This document shows, piece after piece, positions 1 to 18,993 of a stretch of DNA of 39,639 nt. How positions within the stretch are numbered: the first letter of the stretch is position 1; each line of letters starts with the position of its first letter. The DNA is from Collodictyon triciliatum (Eukaryota). Position numbers and translations under genes: made by a program. The DNA lies in assembly GCA_043381765.1 (NCBI GenBank), contig JBHJMP010000070.1:1-39639 (forward strand), read 5' to 3'. The notes below the pieces were generated by a model. That model did not search any database. It saw only the letters and a program-made list of their open reading frames with translations, and was not told the origin of the DNA.

Positions 1-74
1 AACCCCCAAAGCAACTGCCATCCACACAGTATTCATCGCAGTCGCTTGTCTATGCCTCCATTTCAGCGCTCCAC

Positions 75-127
75 AAAACAAAAAACAAAAAAAAAACAAA
101 ACAAAAAACAAAAAACAAAACAAAAAA

Positions 128-176
<49 letters not shown>

Positions 177-232
177 AAAAAAACAAAAAAAACAAAAAAA
201 CAAAAACAAAAACAAAAACAAAAAAACACACA
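75..232. repeat. A-rich low-complexity tract (poly-A/AAAAAC) upstream of the kinase gene
   Basis: Directly visible. Confidence 0.9.
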
Positions 233-417
233 AACACACAAACACATCGTCACTCCTCCCACCACCACAAGGCCCCGTGTCACACACTGCATAGCACACA
301 TACACCCAAACGCAGGAGCAATAAAGCCCCAACCCCAAAACTCACCATCCACAAAACCACCACCAAGAAGAAGAAAAAGAAGGACAAAAAAAAAAGGACG
401 CCCACACAACCGCCCAG

Positions 418-1108
418 ATGAGCTTCGCCCCCGCCTTCACAGCACCACGACCACGCCTCGCATCGGCCCCAAACACCTCCTCGTACGGTACCACGCGCTC
501 AGTCAACGCGCCCCGCAGCTTCACCGCATCTGCCCCTTCGTACGTCCACACAAACACAAACGCAAACGCAAACGCATACACAAGCACACAACCGCAAAGA
601 CACGCAAACAGCGGGGCCCACTTTGGTGCGTCCATGCCTTTCGTCCTGCCCGCAGCCGTCCCGGCCTACTCGCGCTTCCTGCCTCAGAGCTTCTTCTCTG
701 CCTCAGCCTCAGCCTCATCCAATGGCACGTCCAACACAAGCAGTGGCACGACCACCACCAGCAGCAGCAACAACAGTGCAAACAACAGCAGCGGCACAAG
801 CAACTGCGCCAGCAACAACTCTGCAAACTGTGGCAGTGCGAATCACGCCGCAGCGCAGAGTATCCCCGCGAATGCCGGCGTCACGGCAAACAGCGCCGGC
901 CCTGCATTCTCTACTGGGTCGCCCACTCTTGCTCATGCACACGCCACGGTGAATGCGCCTCAGCCGTCCGTGCCTGCTGTTCCCCGGACTCATACCGCCA
1001 ATGCGGCCCTGAGTCTGCACAAGCCTGCCTTGCACAACTATGTCTCTGGAAACCAGCACAATCAAGAGCCTGTAAGTTTTTTGTTTCATTTATTTCTTAC
1101 ATTTTGTC

Positions 1109-1149
<41 letters not shown>

Positions 1150-1160
1150 TTTTTTTTTTT

Positions 1161-1206
<46 letters not shown>

Positions 1207-3549
1207 TGCTTGCTTGCTTGCTTGCTTGTTTATGTGTTTATTTGGGGATTGGTGTTTCACTATTTGTAAAAAGTGAGCGAAGGGCGACTGTGTGTTATTT
1301 GGATATACAGTGCGGACTGGAAACATGGTTTTCCAAATTGGCTTTATGATGCGTCTCAGTGATTCCTTTCTAGAGATCATTTACAATTATATATGATTTG
1401 CTTTCTCACTCTTTTTCTTTCTTTCTTTTTTCTTTTTTTTTTTTACAATAGAAATATACGACAAAGCTTGGTGTTTTGTTCCCTGCCAGATCGCCAGATA
1501 ACCCAAATGAGTTAAATCAGATGATACGCCATTATCGCGTAATCCGCTCCATCGGTGAGGGTGCCTTTGGAAAGGTGATGATGTATTCGATGTTTTCTCG
1601 TTTTTTTCTCCCTCGTTTCGTTTAAGTGTAACTCTTGCTGGCAAAATGACTTTTGATATTACCTTAATGTTGCTGTGTCTTTACGTTGGCTTTTCAACAT
1701 CTTGTCCTAATACATTCATCCATTGTAGGTCAAGCTTGCTCTGGACACAAAGACAAACACAGAAGTCGCTGTAAAGACGTATGCAAAATCGAAGCTATCT
1801 TCGGTGGATTTAGTATGTCTGACCTCTAATTCCCATCATCTATTTTAGTTTTTTTTTTTTTTGATAAAAGTTAATTATTTTATATATCTACCACTCCGGC
1901 GATTGTAATGACGAAATATTACCTAACTAATGACAGAGTCGCATCTACAAGGAGATGGACGCCCTTCGAAAGACTGAGGGAAATAAGGTAGCTTGTTGAT
2001 TTGACTTTACCCTTTCCAAATAATAATAACTATAAATAAATAGATTCTCATACCCAATTAGTGTTAACCAAATTTGTATTCTGTCTTCAGAATATCATTA
2101 AAATGATCGACTGCTTTGAAGAGCGTGACAACACCTACATTATCCTGGAATTCGCAAAGGGAGGTGACCTGCTTGACTACCTTGATTCCAGGTCCTGCCT
2201 AAGTGAAGTTGAGGCAAAGGGATTCTTTTACCAAGTTGTGAAAGGATTGCACCACTGCCATTCACACAAAATCATCCATCGGGACCTGAAGCTTGAAAAC
2301 ATTCTTCTTACTGAAGACCAAACGGTAGCTTTCATCAACTGGAATTACTCGCCATTTCCTTTTTTTCTGTTATCTAATCAACTTCACTATGTGAAGCTTG
2401 TCTGTCTGATCAACATATGAACACTATGACATTTGAAGTGCAACATCTTGCTATGTGTTGTTATCGTATTATTTAGGGATATCAAGCTTTTGTAGTCCAT
2501 AACTCTTTTTCTTCTTTTTTTAGGCAAAAATATCTGATTTTGGATTGTCCCACCAGCCGATTGGAGACTGTTTGAAAACGATATGTGGGACTCCAGTCTA
2601 CCGTTCCCCAGAGATGGTCAGTAACCAGGTAATACAATCTCGATGACTTTATCGACCTATCGTATTATTGTATATCAATTCGTTTGTTCCGTTATAATAT
2701 CCTTAAAAAAAACATAAAAACTTCACAGGACTACACATTCGCCACAGACATCTGGTCTCTCGGTGTCATACTGTATGTTATGCTTCATGGCCGCTTCCCT
2801 TTCTACGACGAAAACCTCTCCGTCCTCTTCAAAAAGATTATCAGTGGCCGGTTTCCACCCATCACCAACGGCGGCACCGAAGTCCAACAGCTTATTCACA
2901 TGATGCTCCACGTAAGAGAGAATGCCACCTTACGGCCAATTCAGCCTACCCCAAACAAAAGAGGAAAAGAAAAGAAAACAGACACATTTTTTTCTTACTT
3001 CCTTTCGTTCCCAATCATCCGCGAGACACCATCATACATACTTTATCAAATTAGAGTTGATGCCAACCCTCTTGACACAACACCAGGTCAACCCAAAGGC
3101 CCGCATCACACTGGAGGGCATTCTAAACCATCCGTGGCTGCGTGACCTGGTATCGGCAGACCCAGCCCCGGTCTCTGTCAAGCTCTTCAGAGCTCGCTCC
3201 AGCGTGTACTCCGAATCTAGCTATTTGAAGGAAAGCCCCGTCGCATTCAATCCTGTTTCCAAACCCCGCAGCACATCCGACAACATTCGCTACCACCCGC
3301 TCACCAACCATGTCAAGTATGCTGCTTATCTTACCAAAAGATATTCAAAACAAAAATTACACCTATGAAAGAAAAAAGAAAAGAAAAGAAAAGGTGTGCT
3401 CTGTCGTCGTTTTTTGAAATAAATCATAATCGTCCTGTTCTAGTTTTTCATACGGCGTTGCACCCCGCGAGTGGAATCCCGTCCCGGCCACGACCTATGG
3501 CCAACGGCTCAACTATGCGCCTGCGTTCAGCTATCTCCCTCCTCGCTAA
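418..3549 (+). CDS. CAMK-group (AMPK/SNF1/MARK-like) Ser/Thr protein kinase with long low-complexity N-terminus; 9 exons
   Basis: Exons 418-1071, 1452-1574, 1729-1812, 1937-1987, 2091-2324, 2524-2628, 2729-2911, 3087-3316 and 3444-3549 join in frame via GT-AG. All kinase motifs are present: IGEGAFGKV, VAVK, HRDLKLEN, DFG, LKTICGTPVYRSPE, DIWSLGVILY, RITLEGILNHPW. Confidence 0.92.
1112..1230. repeat. Poly-T tract plus (TTGC)n in kinase intron 1
   Basis: Directly visible. Confidence 0.95.
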
Positions 3550-3867
3550 TCCCCTGTGGCAGATTTACTGCAACTTTCCTTCTCTTTGCTATATATTTCT
3601 TGCATGCCACCGCCTCCACCCAGGCGCGTATATTCCCGCCGCCATGTATGATACAGCCAAATGAACCCTTTTGATTTAATATTCAAAAAAAAAAAAACCA
3701 AAAAACAATCGACATAACCAAACCCTATATCAGATTTTTCCGTCGTCGTATATCCAGTCAATAAATTGGAGAGTCTGTTTTAAGTCGTTTTCCTTTCTTC
3801 TAACCTTGCAAGAATCTGCGCGCAGCCCTTCAGTATTCTTTTCTTTTCTTTCGGGTGACCAAGAAGT

Positions 3868-4004
3868 TTAGTTGGGCAGCACCGCGAAGGTGACGCTTGT
3901 CTTCCAGGATTTGCCGCTCTCGAGACGCACGGGTTGGGCGACCGCACCGGGTTCGATGCAAACCATGTGCTGGAATCCAGTGGGTTCCATGTCTTTCAAG
4001 CCCT

Positions 4005-4079
<75 letters not shown>

Positions 4080-5803
4080 TCTGCAGCTCAAATGTCTCAT
4101 TCTCTCATCCTACCTTCGTCTTTTCCGCCCATGGGTTCCAGACAACCAGGTCGGTTAGATTCTGGGCCGTGTTAAGTTGATTTGGTAAATGAAACAATGA
4201 AACAAAGAAACAAAGCAAATAAGTAAAATACTGTCTCTGTGGTGATGGACAGCTTTGCCGCTCCGTCATGCAGTTCCACGTAGTGCGGCGCATTGTGGTA
4301 AACTCTATCAACCTGCGATGGTTCAGGGATTTGGTTGCGTAGGAAGACGATTCAGGTCATGATGATTTACTATCGAGTTGGATTAGTTGGCCGGAGATGG
4401 ATTGGGCCAAAGGCGAAAAAGAAATGGATAGGGTGCCCCCTCTGGATGCACCAATTCAAATATTGGCCTGTTGGTATTCAAGAGCCAGGAACGCTCGCTT
4501 CATTATCACATGACGCCATGCCCTTTGAATCAGTGCACCCACAAAGGGACTTGTCGGCTTTTTGTGTCTTTTCTTTTGTTATCTCTTTTGGTGCTTTTCT
4601 TTTGTACGCAACAGATACTTTGTTTGCGTTGAATACAAACCTCCTGTTCGATGGTGACTGCGGGTCTTTCCTCTGTGGCGGACTCGTTCGTGACCTTGTC
4701 TGTGAAGGTCACTCCCTTTGGGGCGAGCGTTGCACAAGAATGCCATATTGTTGCTTTGTTCAGATTGATGAACGCCCTGATTGAAAACGAACAAAGAAAT
4801 GGAAAGAAAGAAAAAAGGAAACCATGCAGGCGCAAGAAGGTAAAAGGAAATAAAAAGGCGGCGTAAGCAGACCCTGAGGCTGTGAACCGAGACTTGCGAG
4901 ATATTTGCGACGTTGTAGTAGGTGTGGAAGAGAGCCTGGAAGGGAATCTCCTCGGAAATGTTTTGATTTTCTAGCTTGAGTTGCAGTTGGAGCGTGTATT
5001 TTGTGAGCTTTACAAGCAGTGTCAGGGAGAAAGCATGGCTCCAAAACTTTTCCGTGTAACCATCTGCCCAATTAAAATTAGATTATTTATTTAATAGAAA
5101 AAAATGTTAAAAATTGTGAATGGGGTAGGGAATATGAATAGAGCCATACAATTTATTTCTATCTCATTGATAAATTAAATATATTTAACCATCCGATGAT
5201 AGCTCAAGAATTGCAAAGACTGCAGCATCCTTGTCACCATTCAACCCAGCCTCCTATCATTACAACATGATGATGAATGATGCATAATTTTAAAAAATAT
5301 ACACATGCGATCCAATTGCAAAAAAAGGAAAGAAAGAAAAGTTCAACTATTACTTGGGCGAACTTGTCGAAACGCATGAAAGAAAGTCAATTTTGAGAGA
5401 AAAAAACACCTTTAAAGTCCAATTCACTCCTCGGGCGAATCCGTGGCGAGGAATCTTGGGATCGCTGCTGGGGCCGAAGAGCGGGAAGATAATGGGAATT
5501 CCGCCGCGAATAGGAGTCTGAGTCATGTCCAATTAGAAAGCGGGTCTAACTTGCGAGACCCTTTATGGGTTTTTCTTTGCGGATGCATCAAAATGAAGAG
5601 GGAGGAACCTGCCCGTCGAAGTTGGACTGGCCAGAGAGGAAAATGCGCTCTTTGATTTCAGGCTCGTTTGGCGTTGGCGCTTTCCATGATGTCAGTGTTG
5701 CACCGTACATGTAGATCTCGGCCTGATGCGAACAACCAGATTTCCCGTGGCATCAGAACGATTTGGAGGGGTTGAAATCAAATATATAGAAACTAACAAA
5801 ACC

Positions 5804-5900
<97 letters not shown>

Positions 5901-6322
5901 CCACCAAAACCAACAACAACAACAAAACCAACGATAATAATAATAATAAAACCAACAAAACCAACAAAACCAACAAAACCAACAACAACAACAACAATAA
6001 TAATACTTATACTAATAATATTAGAAAATAAAGAAAATCCAATAAAACAACATAAAAGGCAACAAAAGAAAAGCAATCGAATAAATAAATACTACTAAAA
6101 ACACTACAAACCAATTAAAAAAGAAATAAATGAAATATGTCAAATAAAATCCATAAAACCAACAAAACAAAATAAATCAACCAGTAAAACCATAAAAAAA
6201 AAATAAGGAAAAACTGTTCAAACAAGACGAAAGAGCAAAAGGGAGCAAACTTGGCTGCCAGACTCGTGGTGGAGAAGAACGTAGGGCAGCCCACCCTTCC
6301 CATTGCGATAGTCGACGGCCAT
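3868..6322 (-). CDS. Glucose-6-phosphate 1-epimerase (D-hexose-6-phosphate mutarotase, aldose 1-epimerase family); 9 exons
   Basis: Exons 6322-6251, 5722-5609, 5517-5410, 5253-5190, 5063-4873, 4715-4641, 4312-4232, 4161-4114 and 4002-3868. Family motifs: AEIYMYGATLTSWK, PIRGGIPIIFPLFG, RHGFAR, FHTYY, EVDRVY, VVWNPW, MVCIEPG. Confidence 0.95.
4005..4079. repeat. (GAT)n microsatellite in the last epimerase intron, abutting the 3' splice site
   Basis: Directly visible. Confidence 0.97.
5804..6005. repeat. (AAT)n with AAC/AAAACCAAC variants in epimerase intron 1
   Basis: Directly visible. Confidence 0.95.
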
Positions 6323-6734
6323 CCTTTCTTCCTACCACAGCATTCAACAAATCAGACCTGCGCGCACGATCGAATCTGCCTCCTCCTCACCCTATCGGCT
6401 CTGCTCTTAATCAAAGGCTGCGATTTTCCTGCGTGATCTGTGGCCTTTCACATCAAAAAAAAAAAAGGCAGCAAAAATAAAAAAAATTATTAATTCCACT
6501 TCGAGCGAGGCTTCCCAATCCGCAACCCGATCACAAAAAATACAAACAAAAAGGAGAGAAAATAAAAAAAAAAAAATAAAGAAAGAACTGGGAATTGTGA
6601 CAGAAAATTCATTCAAACATACCCTGCATGAGAGTCAGTGAAAGATGGAATGATCATAATCGAAGGCAAGAGAGAGAGAAAAAAAAAAGAAGAAAGAAAA
6701 AAAATGAAAGCATCCATACGGAAGGCTGTTGCAT

Positions 6735-8825
6735 ATGAAAAGGTTGGTGAAACGTTCTCTTCGCAATAGCACGCGGCTAAGCCTCAAGAAGCCAGGCTCG
6801 GACAACGAAACCTGGCCACAGTCTACGCAAAGAAGGCACATGTCGGTGATCAACAAGGCAGACAAGAAAGTCCCACCAAAATGCTCCCATACGAGCCGCA
6901 AAAACGAATCTGCAGAGTCCTCATGCCACAGTATTGAAAGCAGCGGTTTCGATGAAGTGCCTGTTTCTAGCGATCAGACTCTGCCTGTCGATTCTCTTCC
7001 GCCACAGCCCCACCTGGTGGTTGAGCCCACTCCACCAAGGCAGACCCACACGATGAAGCTGACACTCTTTCAGTCTACTAAACTGATCGAGCGACGAAAA
7101 ACACTTCTTTCCATGATTGTTCAAAATGGGGCCCTTTTTCGCTGGATGCTACTCGTTTACAAGCACCCGCTCACCACGGCAGTCATCGCCATCTTTTGGC
7201 TTGTTTGCAATATCAACTACCTGTCAGTCTGCTTTGGGCACCAGCTGATACCACAAGAGATTTACATTCCCATCCAGCTCATATTCACGGTCAATTTTAT
7301 CCTTCATCATGCTGTTTTCATTCGTGTCGGCATCGTCAGAGAACTCACTAAATCATTCAACTTTTGGTTTACAATATGGAATGTCATATCTTTTCATGTT
7401 TGCTCTTTATTTTTGTGGGGATTCACCCTCAACATATTTTCTACGGTCGCCCATTCAGTATCGAGCATGTTTGTACTGATTTTCTTGGATGCCCATTCTG
7501 CAAAGCACCTGGTCATCATCAGGTCGGCAACTTTCATCGGTTTGCTTTCTTATACTCCTGTCGTCATTGTCCTACTTTTTCAGTTGGCCGACTTTAAGGA
7601 TGAGAAATTTTTCCATTCAGCTAGTGGTATTGAAATCATCGATGTTAGACTACAGGCCCTAGACAATGTGGTGACGTTGATTGTATATCTACTTCGAATT
7701 ATATACACCCACAGCGTTTTGAAGAAACCGAATTCGATCGCCTTCTTGTCACATTTCTACATGATTGACCATGGAAGAGGGGACTATACATCTGGAGTTA
7801 TTACAAAACCCTGTAATGACGGCAAAATCGAGGAGGCATCTTCATCCGCTCATGCGTCTCTAGGAGTGGGGTTCGGCTCTTTAAAGCAAAGCAAGGGTAA
7901 GAGCAACCCAGATCTCAGCGGTTTGAATAACTTTGACTCGATAAACATCATCACAGACAAGGTGGTATCAAAATCAGAAGACAGTTCAAATGGTCCGAGC
8001 AAACATACACATTTTTGGAAAAACAATAGGATTGTGCCTCATTCTGTCCCTGAAGATACCAACAATACCAACCAAGTTGATGAACAGAATTACCTTGTAG
8101 TAGGCATTTTAGAGACGAAGACAATCGAATATGATTTGCGCTGCACTGTATTTCATCGCCACATAATGCCAAATTACCCGAGGCTAGCATGCATCCTAAA
8201 GTCAAAGTATTATAACTTATTAGGTATGTCGGTCTGTGTCGTAGCAACTCTGTTTTCCTTCCCTCTGGCGATTGGTGTGGACATAAATGTGTCTTTTGTG
8301 TATCTTGGAGCAGCTAGCGCCATCGTATCTATGATTTTCATATCTGCCCAAATGTTTATCGTCTGTAATTCGTACATGGTGTATCATATGCTCCATTCGT
8401 TTGATTTCTGGTATGTAATGTGGCTCACATCAAAGACATTTGTTTCGTCAGGTACTCTGTGTGGTTGGGACATCAGAGTTGTATTCTGGCTTTTTTCCTT
8501 GCTTATGGCTGTTTGGAGTATCACAATCGATACTTTCACACTGAAGTCTAGGGCTTTGTCCTATTTTTCAATTCTTGGGGCTTTGTGTTCGTTCTCAGCT
8601 GCAGTGTTGTGCAAACTAAACATAGGAAACATATATTCTGACGACAAATATTTGAAGGTTGGGTATATGTCGCCCATGTCGTCAAGAATAACAATATTTT
8701 CGTCGATGTTTTCCATGACAGTGTTCTTTTGTCGATTTTGTTGGAGTTATTACAGAAACCACCGACGGATTCTTTTCATAACAGAGAATGTATCGGTGAG
8801 ATATATTTCGAATAATGCAAAGTAG
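6735..8825 (+). CDS. Uncharacterised intronless multi-pass membrane protein (~696 aa; two ~6-TM repeats separated by a hydrophilic linker)
   Basis: Uninterrupted 2.1-kb ORF with first ATG at 6735. Two blocks of hydrophobic segments each contain SF[ND]FW[FY] (ELTKSFNFWF, HMLHSFDFWY). The N-terminus and central linker are disordered and S/K/N-rich. Confidence 0.85.
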   Translation: MKRLVKRSLRNSTRLSLKKPGSDNETWPQSTQRRHMSVINKADKKVPPKCSHTSRKNESAESSCHSIESSGFDEVPVSSDQTLPVDSLPPQPHLVVEPTPPRQTHTMKLTLFQSTKLIERRKTLLSMIVQNGALFRWMLLVYKHPLTTAVIAIFWLVCNINYLSVCFGHQLIPQEIYIPIQLIFTVNFILHHAVFIRVGIVRELTKSFNFWFTIWNVISFHVCSLFLWGFTLNIFSTVAHSVSSMFVLIFLDAHSAKHLVIIRSATFIGLLSYTPVVIVLLFQLADFKDEKFFHSASGIEIIDVRLQALDNVVTLIVYLLRIIYTHSVLKKPNSIAFLSHFYMIDHGRGDYTSGVITKPCNDGKIEEASSSAHASLGVGFGSLKQSKGKSNPDLSGLNNFDSINIITDKVVSKSEDSSNGPSKHTHFWKNNRIVPHSVPEDTNNTNQVDEQNYLVVGILETKTIEYDLRCTVFHRHIMPNYPRLACILKSKYYNLLGMSVCVVATLFSFPLAIGVDINVSFVYLGAASAIVSMIFISAQMFIVCNSYMVYHMLHSFDFWYVMWLTSKTFVSSGTLCGWDIRVVFWLFSLLMAVWSITIDTFTLKSRALSYFSILGALCSFSAAVLCKLNIGNIYSDDKYLKVGYMSPMSSRITIFSSMFSMTVFFCRFCWSYYRNHRRILFITENVSVRYISNNAK

Positions 8826-9377
8826 AAAAACGAGCAGTGAAGGAAAATCAAAATAAATAAATATAAAAATGTATCGGTTGAGCATTTTGGTACATAGAGT
8901 TGTTTCTTCCATTCGATGTGTATATTCATTTATTTATTTTATTTTTGAAAACTTTACGCGCCCTGAACACCCTTCACCCGCTGAAAAAAGACAATGTCGG
9001 GCAGTAACACATATAGGACGAAATGCGCAGTATCAAAAAAATTGATGGCCACTTACAAACGCATATTTTCTAGTCTCTAAGATATGATAGTCACCCATGT
9101 GTTGTTATGGCCCCAACACCAAGCAAAACAAAGGCGTGTCTCTTTTGAAGCACCACACCGTGGCAATTGGTACCGTACCTCCTGCTTTATGACGTGCTGT
9201 CATAGCCACAGAGATCAGCTGTCAAAGGCGCTTCCGGTCTTCGGTTTTAGTTTTCTTTCCCTTCGTTTCTCGAAATGGCTCGCCCAAAAACAACTCCCCT
9301 CGTTCACTACTCGCCCCCACTGGGATGTGACTCCCTCAGGAAAGCCGGTGCAGCAGTCCGCATACTAGCCATGACTG

Positions 9378-9552
9378 ACTCTTTTCTTTTCTTTTTCTTT
9401 CTCTTTTTCTTTTTCTTTCTCTTTCTCTTTCTCTTTCTCTTTTTCTTTTTCTTTTTCTTTTTCTTTTTCTTTTTCTTTTTCTTTTTCTTTTTCTTTTTTC
9501 TTTTTTTTCTTTTTCTTTTTTTCTTTTTCTTTTTTTCTTTTTCTTTTTCTTT
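9378..9552. repeat. (TTTTTC)n polypyrimidine tract upstream of the nischarin-like ATG
   Basis: Directly visible; possibly part of a 5' intron. Confidence 0.93.
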
Positions 9553-9567
9553 ATGGGTAATCAAGGA

Positions 9568-16293
<6,726 letters not shown>

Positions 16294-16643
16294 TACTGGA
16301 TATCTCTTGTTTTCTTCTGCGACTCTGAATGGAAGAGGAGACATGAGGAAAATCTCTATCTACACATAGACATGACGGAACCAATCGCTCGTCCATCACT
16401 TTATCTACCACTCATTTACGTACAATAAACTACTGGAAGTATATGTATATGTGTTTGTTAGTCGGATAGATATATTCAAGGATAATCTCGATTACTGCCC
16501 TAAACGTGTCTTTCTCTACTGCTGTTTGGTTCTGTGTGTTTATGCTCGATGCATCTCCCCAAGATACTCATGGGTGTGACATGTAGCCTCTTTTTCCCTC
16601 TTTGTTTCTTCTTTGTAGTATGCATGCCTGGCAACTTTGATGC

Positions 16644-18190
16644 TTAGGCGATGGCCTGAAGGAACTCGGGGGTTTCATCACCCTCCTGAACACGGGTGAT
16701 AGGAGTATGAGCCGGGCGGGCGAACTCAGTCAGATACTGCTCAGCATAGCGGATGGCAAAGCGGCGCTCGTCTAGAATAAATATGTGAACCGTATTTAGT
16801 GATATTGTCAAATATACTGTATGCCTTGTTTCAGATAGGTGAAGTGTTTACTAGGGCTGGCTCCCTTTCCAATCCATGTGAAGACGGTCTTCCCATTGTC
16901 CACGATGAAGGCGTCTTTCGAGTCCAACGCAGCTTTGATTCCAGCCGCAGTGGATTCCTCGGTGAACTTCATCGCGCCTGAGGCATCGCTGAGGCGGAAG
17001 ACACGGGCACTGAAAGCAAACAGTCATTAAGACATTTAACTCACAAGTATATGTACATATTAATTTATTATTCAAATGCCTGCACTCCTTTTCTCATTTT
17101 TAAGACAAAAAAAGTGATGACATCCTCTAAATACGCATTAGCCGTTCAAGCGAAACCTGATGGTCAGCTTCTCGGCAGCTTCATCGGGGATTCCAGAAGA
17201 CTCTGCGACATCCGCGCGCGAACCCTCCAGATTCGAAAAGAACTCGTTTCCATCGCGTCCCTCTGAGCCGCTGTCCAGGACAGAGAGTGTGGCGCGTCCC
17301 TGGCGTTCAGTACGGATAGCGTTGGCAACTTCGGAAGCCTTCGGAAGCATATTTGTAAGTTAGAAGCTATGTAGGGACAACACATTGACACGGCCCATGA
17401 AAGTATCACAAGAAAAGAGCGAGAAAAAGGACTTGATATCATTGCAGAAATGGAACAAGGCGGCTTACCTTTCTCTTCTCCAAGGGGTGGGCGGTCCTTC
17501 CGTTCCACTGGATGACTTTGAGTCCGAGGTCCAGGATAAAGACGTCGCCCTCATTCAAGGAGCTGCAGGACAGAGGGACTTGGAAGACGCGGCAGTTGCG
17601 ACGGCCCTGCAGTGAGCTTGGGATGAGACAATGCGTGTGTTTCTTTTAAGATTTTAGGCTGCGCTTTTGCCCCATGCGAGGGATTCTCGGGCCACAACAC
17701 AGATGCATGTCTGGGCTGGTAGGCAAGCGGATGTGGAACCTTGACTTGGAGCAGGCGTGGTTTGTATGTGGTGGCCTCGACGTGGCGGAAGCCGGATTCC
17801 ACGCCGCCCTCCAGAAGACGGACTCCGTCGGGGAACAGAGCCAGGAAGGAGTCGGACTGCAATATGGAAGGTAAGTAAAGCCTTTGCTGATATGCGTCCC
17901 CGTGCTCGTTGTTGTGAGTTGTAATAGTAATGTGTGGTTGAGACTAGATGGATATATCTATTTTTTTCCTTTATTCGATTCATTGATGGATATATCTTTT
18001 AAATATATGGTAGTTTAGGGTGATCTGTGTGACGGTTAGTATAATTCTTTGTCGATGTTTGTATGTTTATAGTTGTTGTTATTGTTATGCATTTACCTCA
18101 TAGCCTTGGACTTCGCGGTGCTGCACAGGGGCGGTGTTCAGAAGGTCATCAAGCTCGACAGTCTTGTATGCAGCAACACCTGCGAGTACA

Positions 18191-18237
<47 letters not shown>

Positions 18238-18993
18238 AGAGTAAATAAGAACCCTTCTCATCCTGCGAGGATTCCTTTCCTAGCCAGAAGTGAATGTCCC
18301 ACTTGAGGCTCTCGCTTTGAAGAGAGCGAGCAAGTCAGATAACCAACATTAAGAGTTTATTCTGAAACACAATTTTTTCTTTTCATGATGATTTATGACT
18401 TGTTTGTTTCTTTCTATGGTTGGTTGGTTGGTTGGTTGGTTGAAAAGGCATTTATCGTGGCGCGGTACCTGTTTTCCTCCTTCTTTGTTGTCTTCAGGAC
18501 GATGTAGGAATCTCCAGTGAAGAAAGTTCCATATTCCTCCTTTGGCCAGTTCTTCACCTTCATCTTCTCGATGCGCCAGACCTGAAGGCCAGCTGCCTGC
18601 AAAGAAAAGGAATGTCACCTTTATGCCATGCACTGCAAAATCGCTTCAACGAACAACTTAGAGAAAAATCCTAATAGAAAAAAAAAGGCAGAACTCCACA
18701 TGGGTCTGACTATACAATATACATGTGCTATCAAGTCACAGGATTTTAAGCTGGCAGTTAACGTGGGATACTTCGTTTTGCTGAAAGTAATCCACAAAAA
18801 AAAACCTCGAAAGTAATAAACAAGCAAAAACATAATAATAAAAATATATTCATATTAAGAAAAAAGGGACTTGGCCAGCGCCGGTCCAGGCCTCCTCGGT
18901 CTCTGCAGCAGCTTTGCGGGCAGCCTTGTCCTCTTCGGTGCCGATGTTGGCGACGTTTGTGTCTTTCCAGTCGGGCTGCTCCTGCTTCAGCAT
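16644..18993 (-). CDS. Severin/fragmin-type three-domain gelsolin-family actin-severing protein; 9 exons
   Basis: Exons 18993-18871, 18596-18469, 18314-18253, 18179-18097, 17856-17740, 17606-17469, 17338-17157, 17009-16852 and 16771-16644. Motifs: [105 protein letters not shown]. Confidence 0.96.
18190..18238. repeat. (TAAA)n microsatellite in a severin intron
   Basis: Directly visible. Confidence 0.95.

Noticed and set aside
46-409. Lys-rich and Phe-rich ORFs
   Set aside because: Artefacts of the poly-A tract.
3872-4180. Poly-Asp/poly-Met ORFs on the + strand
   Set aside because: Antisense to epimerase exons and spanning the intronic (GAT)n.
5692-6076. Poly-Asn/Leu/Ile ORFs
   Set aside because: (AAT)n inside epimerase intron 1.
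17330-17348. TTCGGAAGC direct repeat at a severin intron/exon boundary
   Set aside because: Single 9-bp duplication with no matching element at the other intron end; insufficient for an introner or TSD claim.
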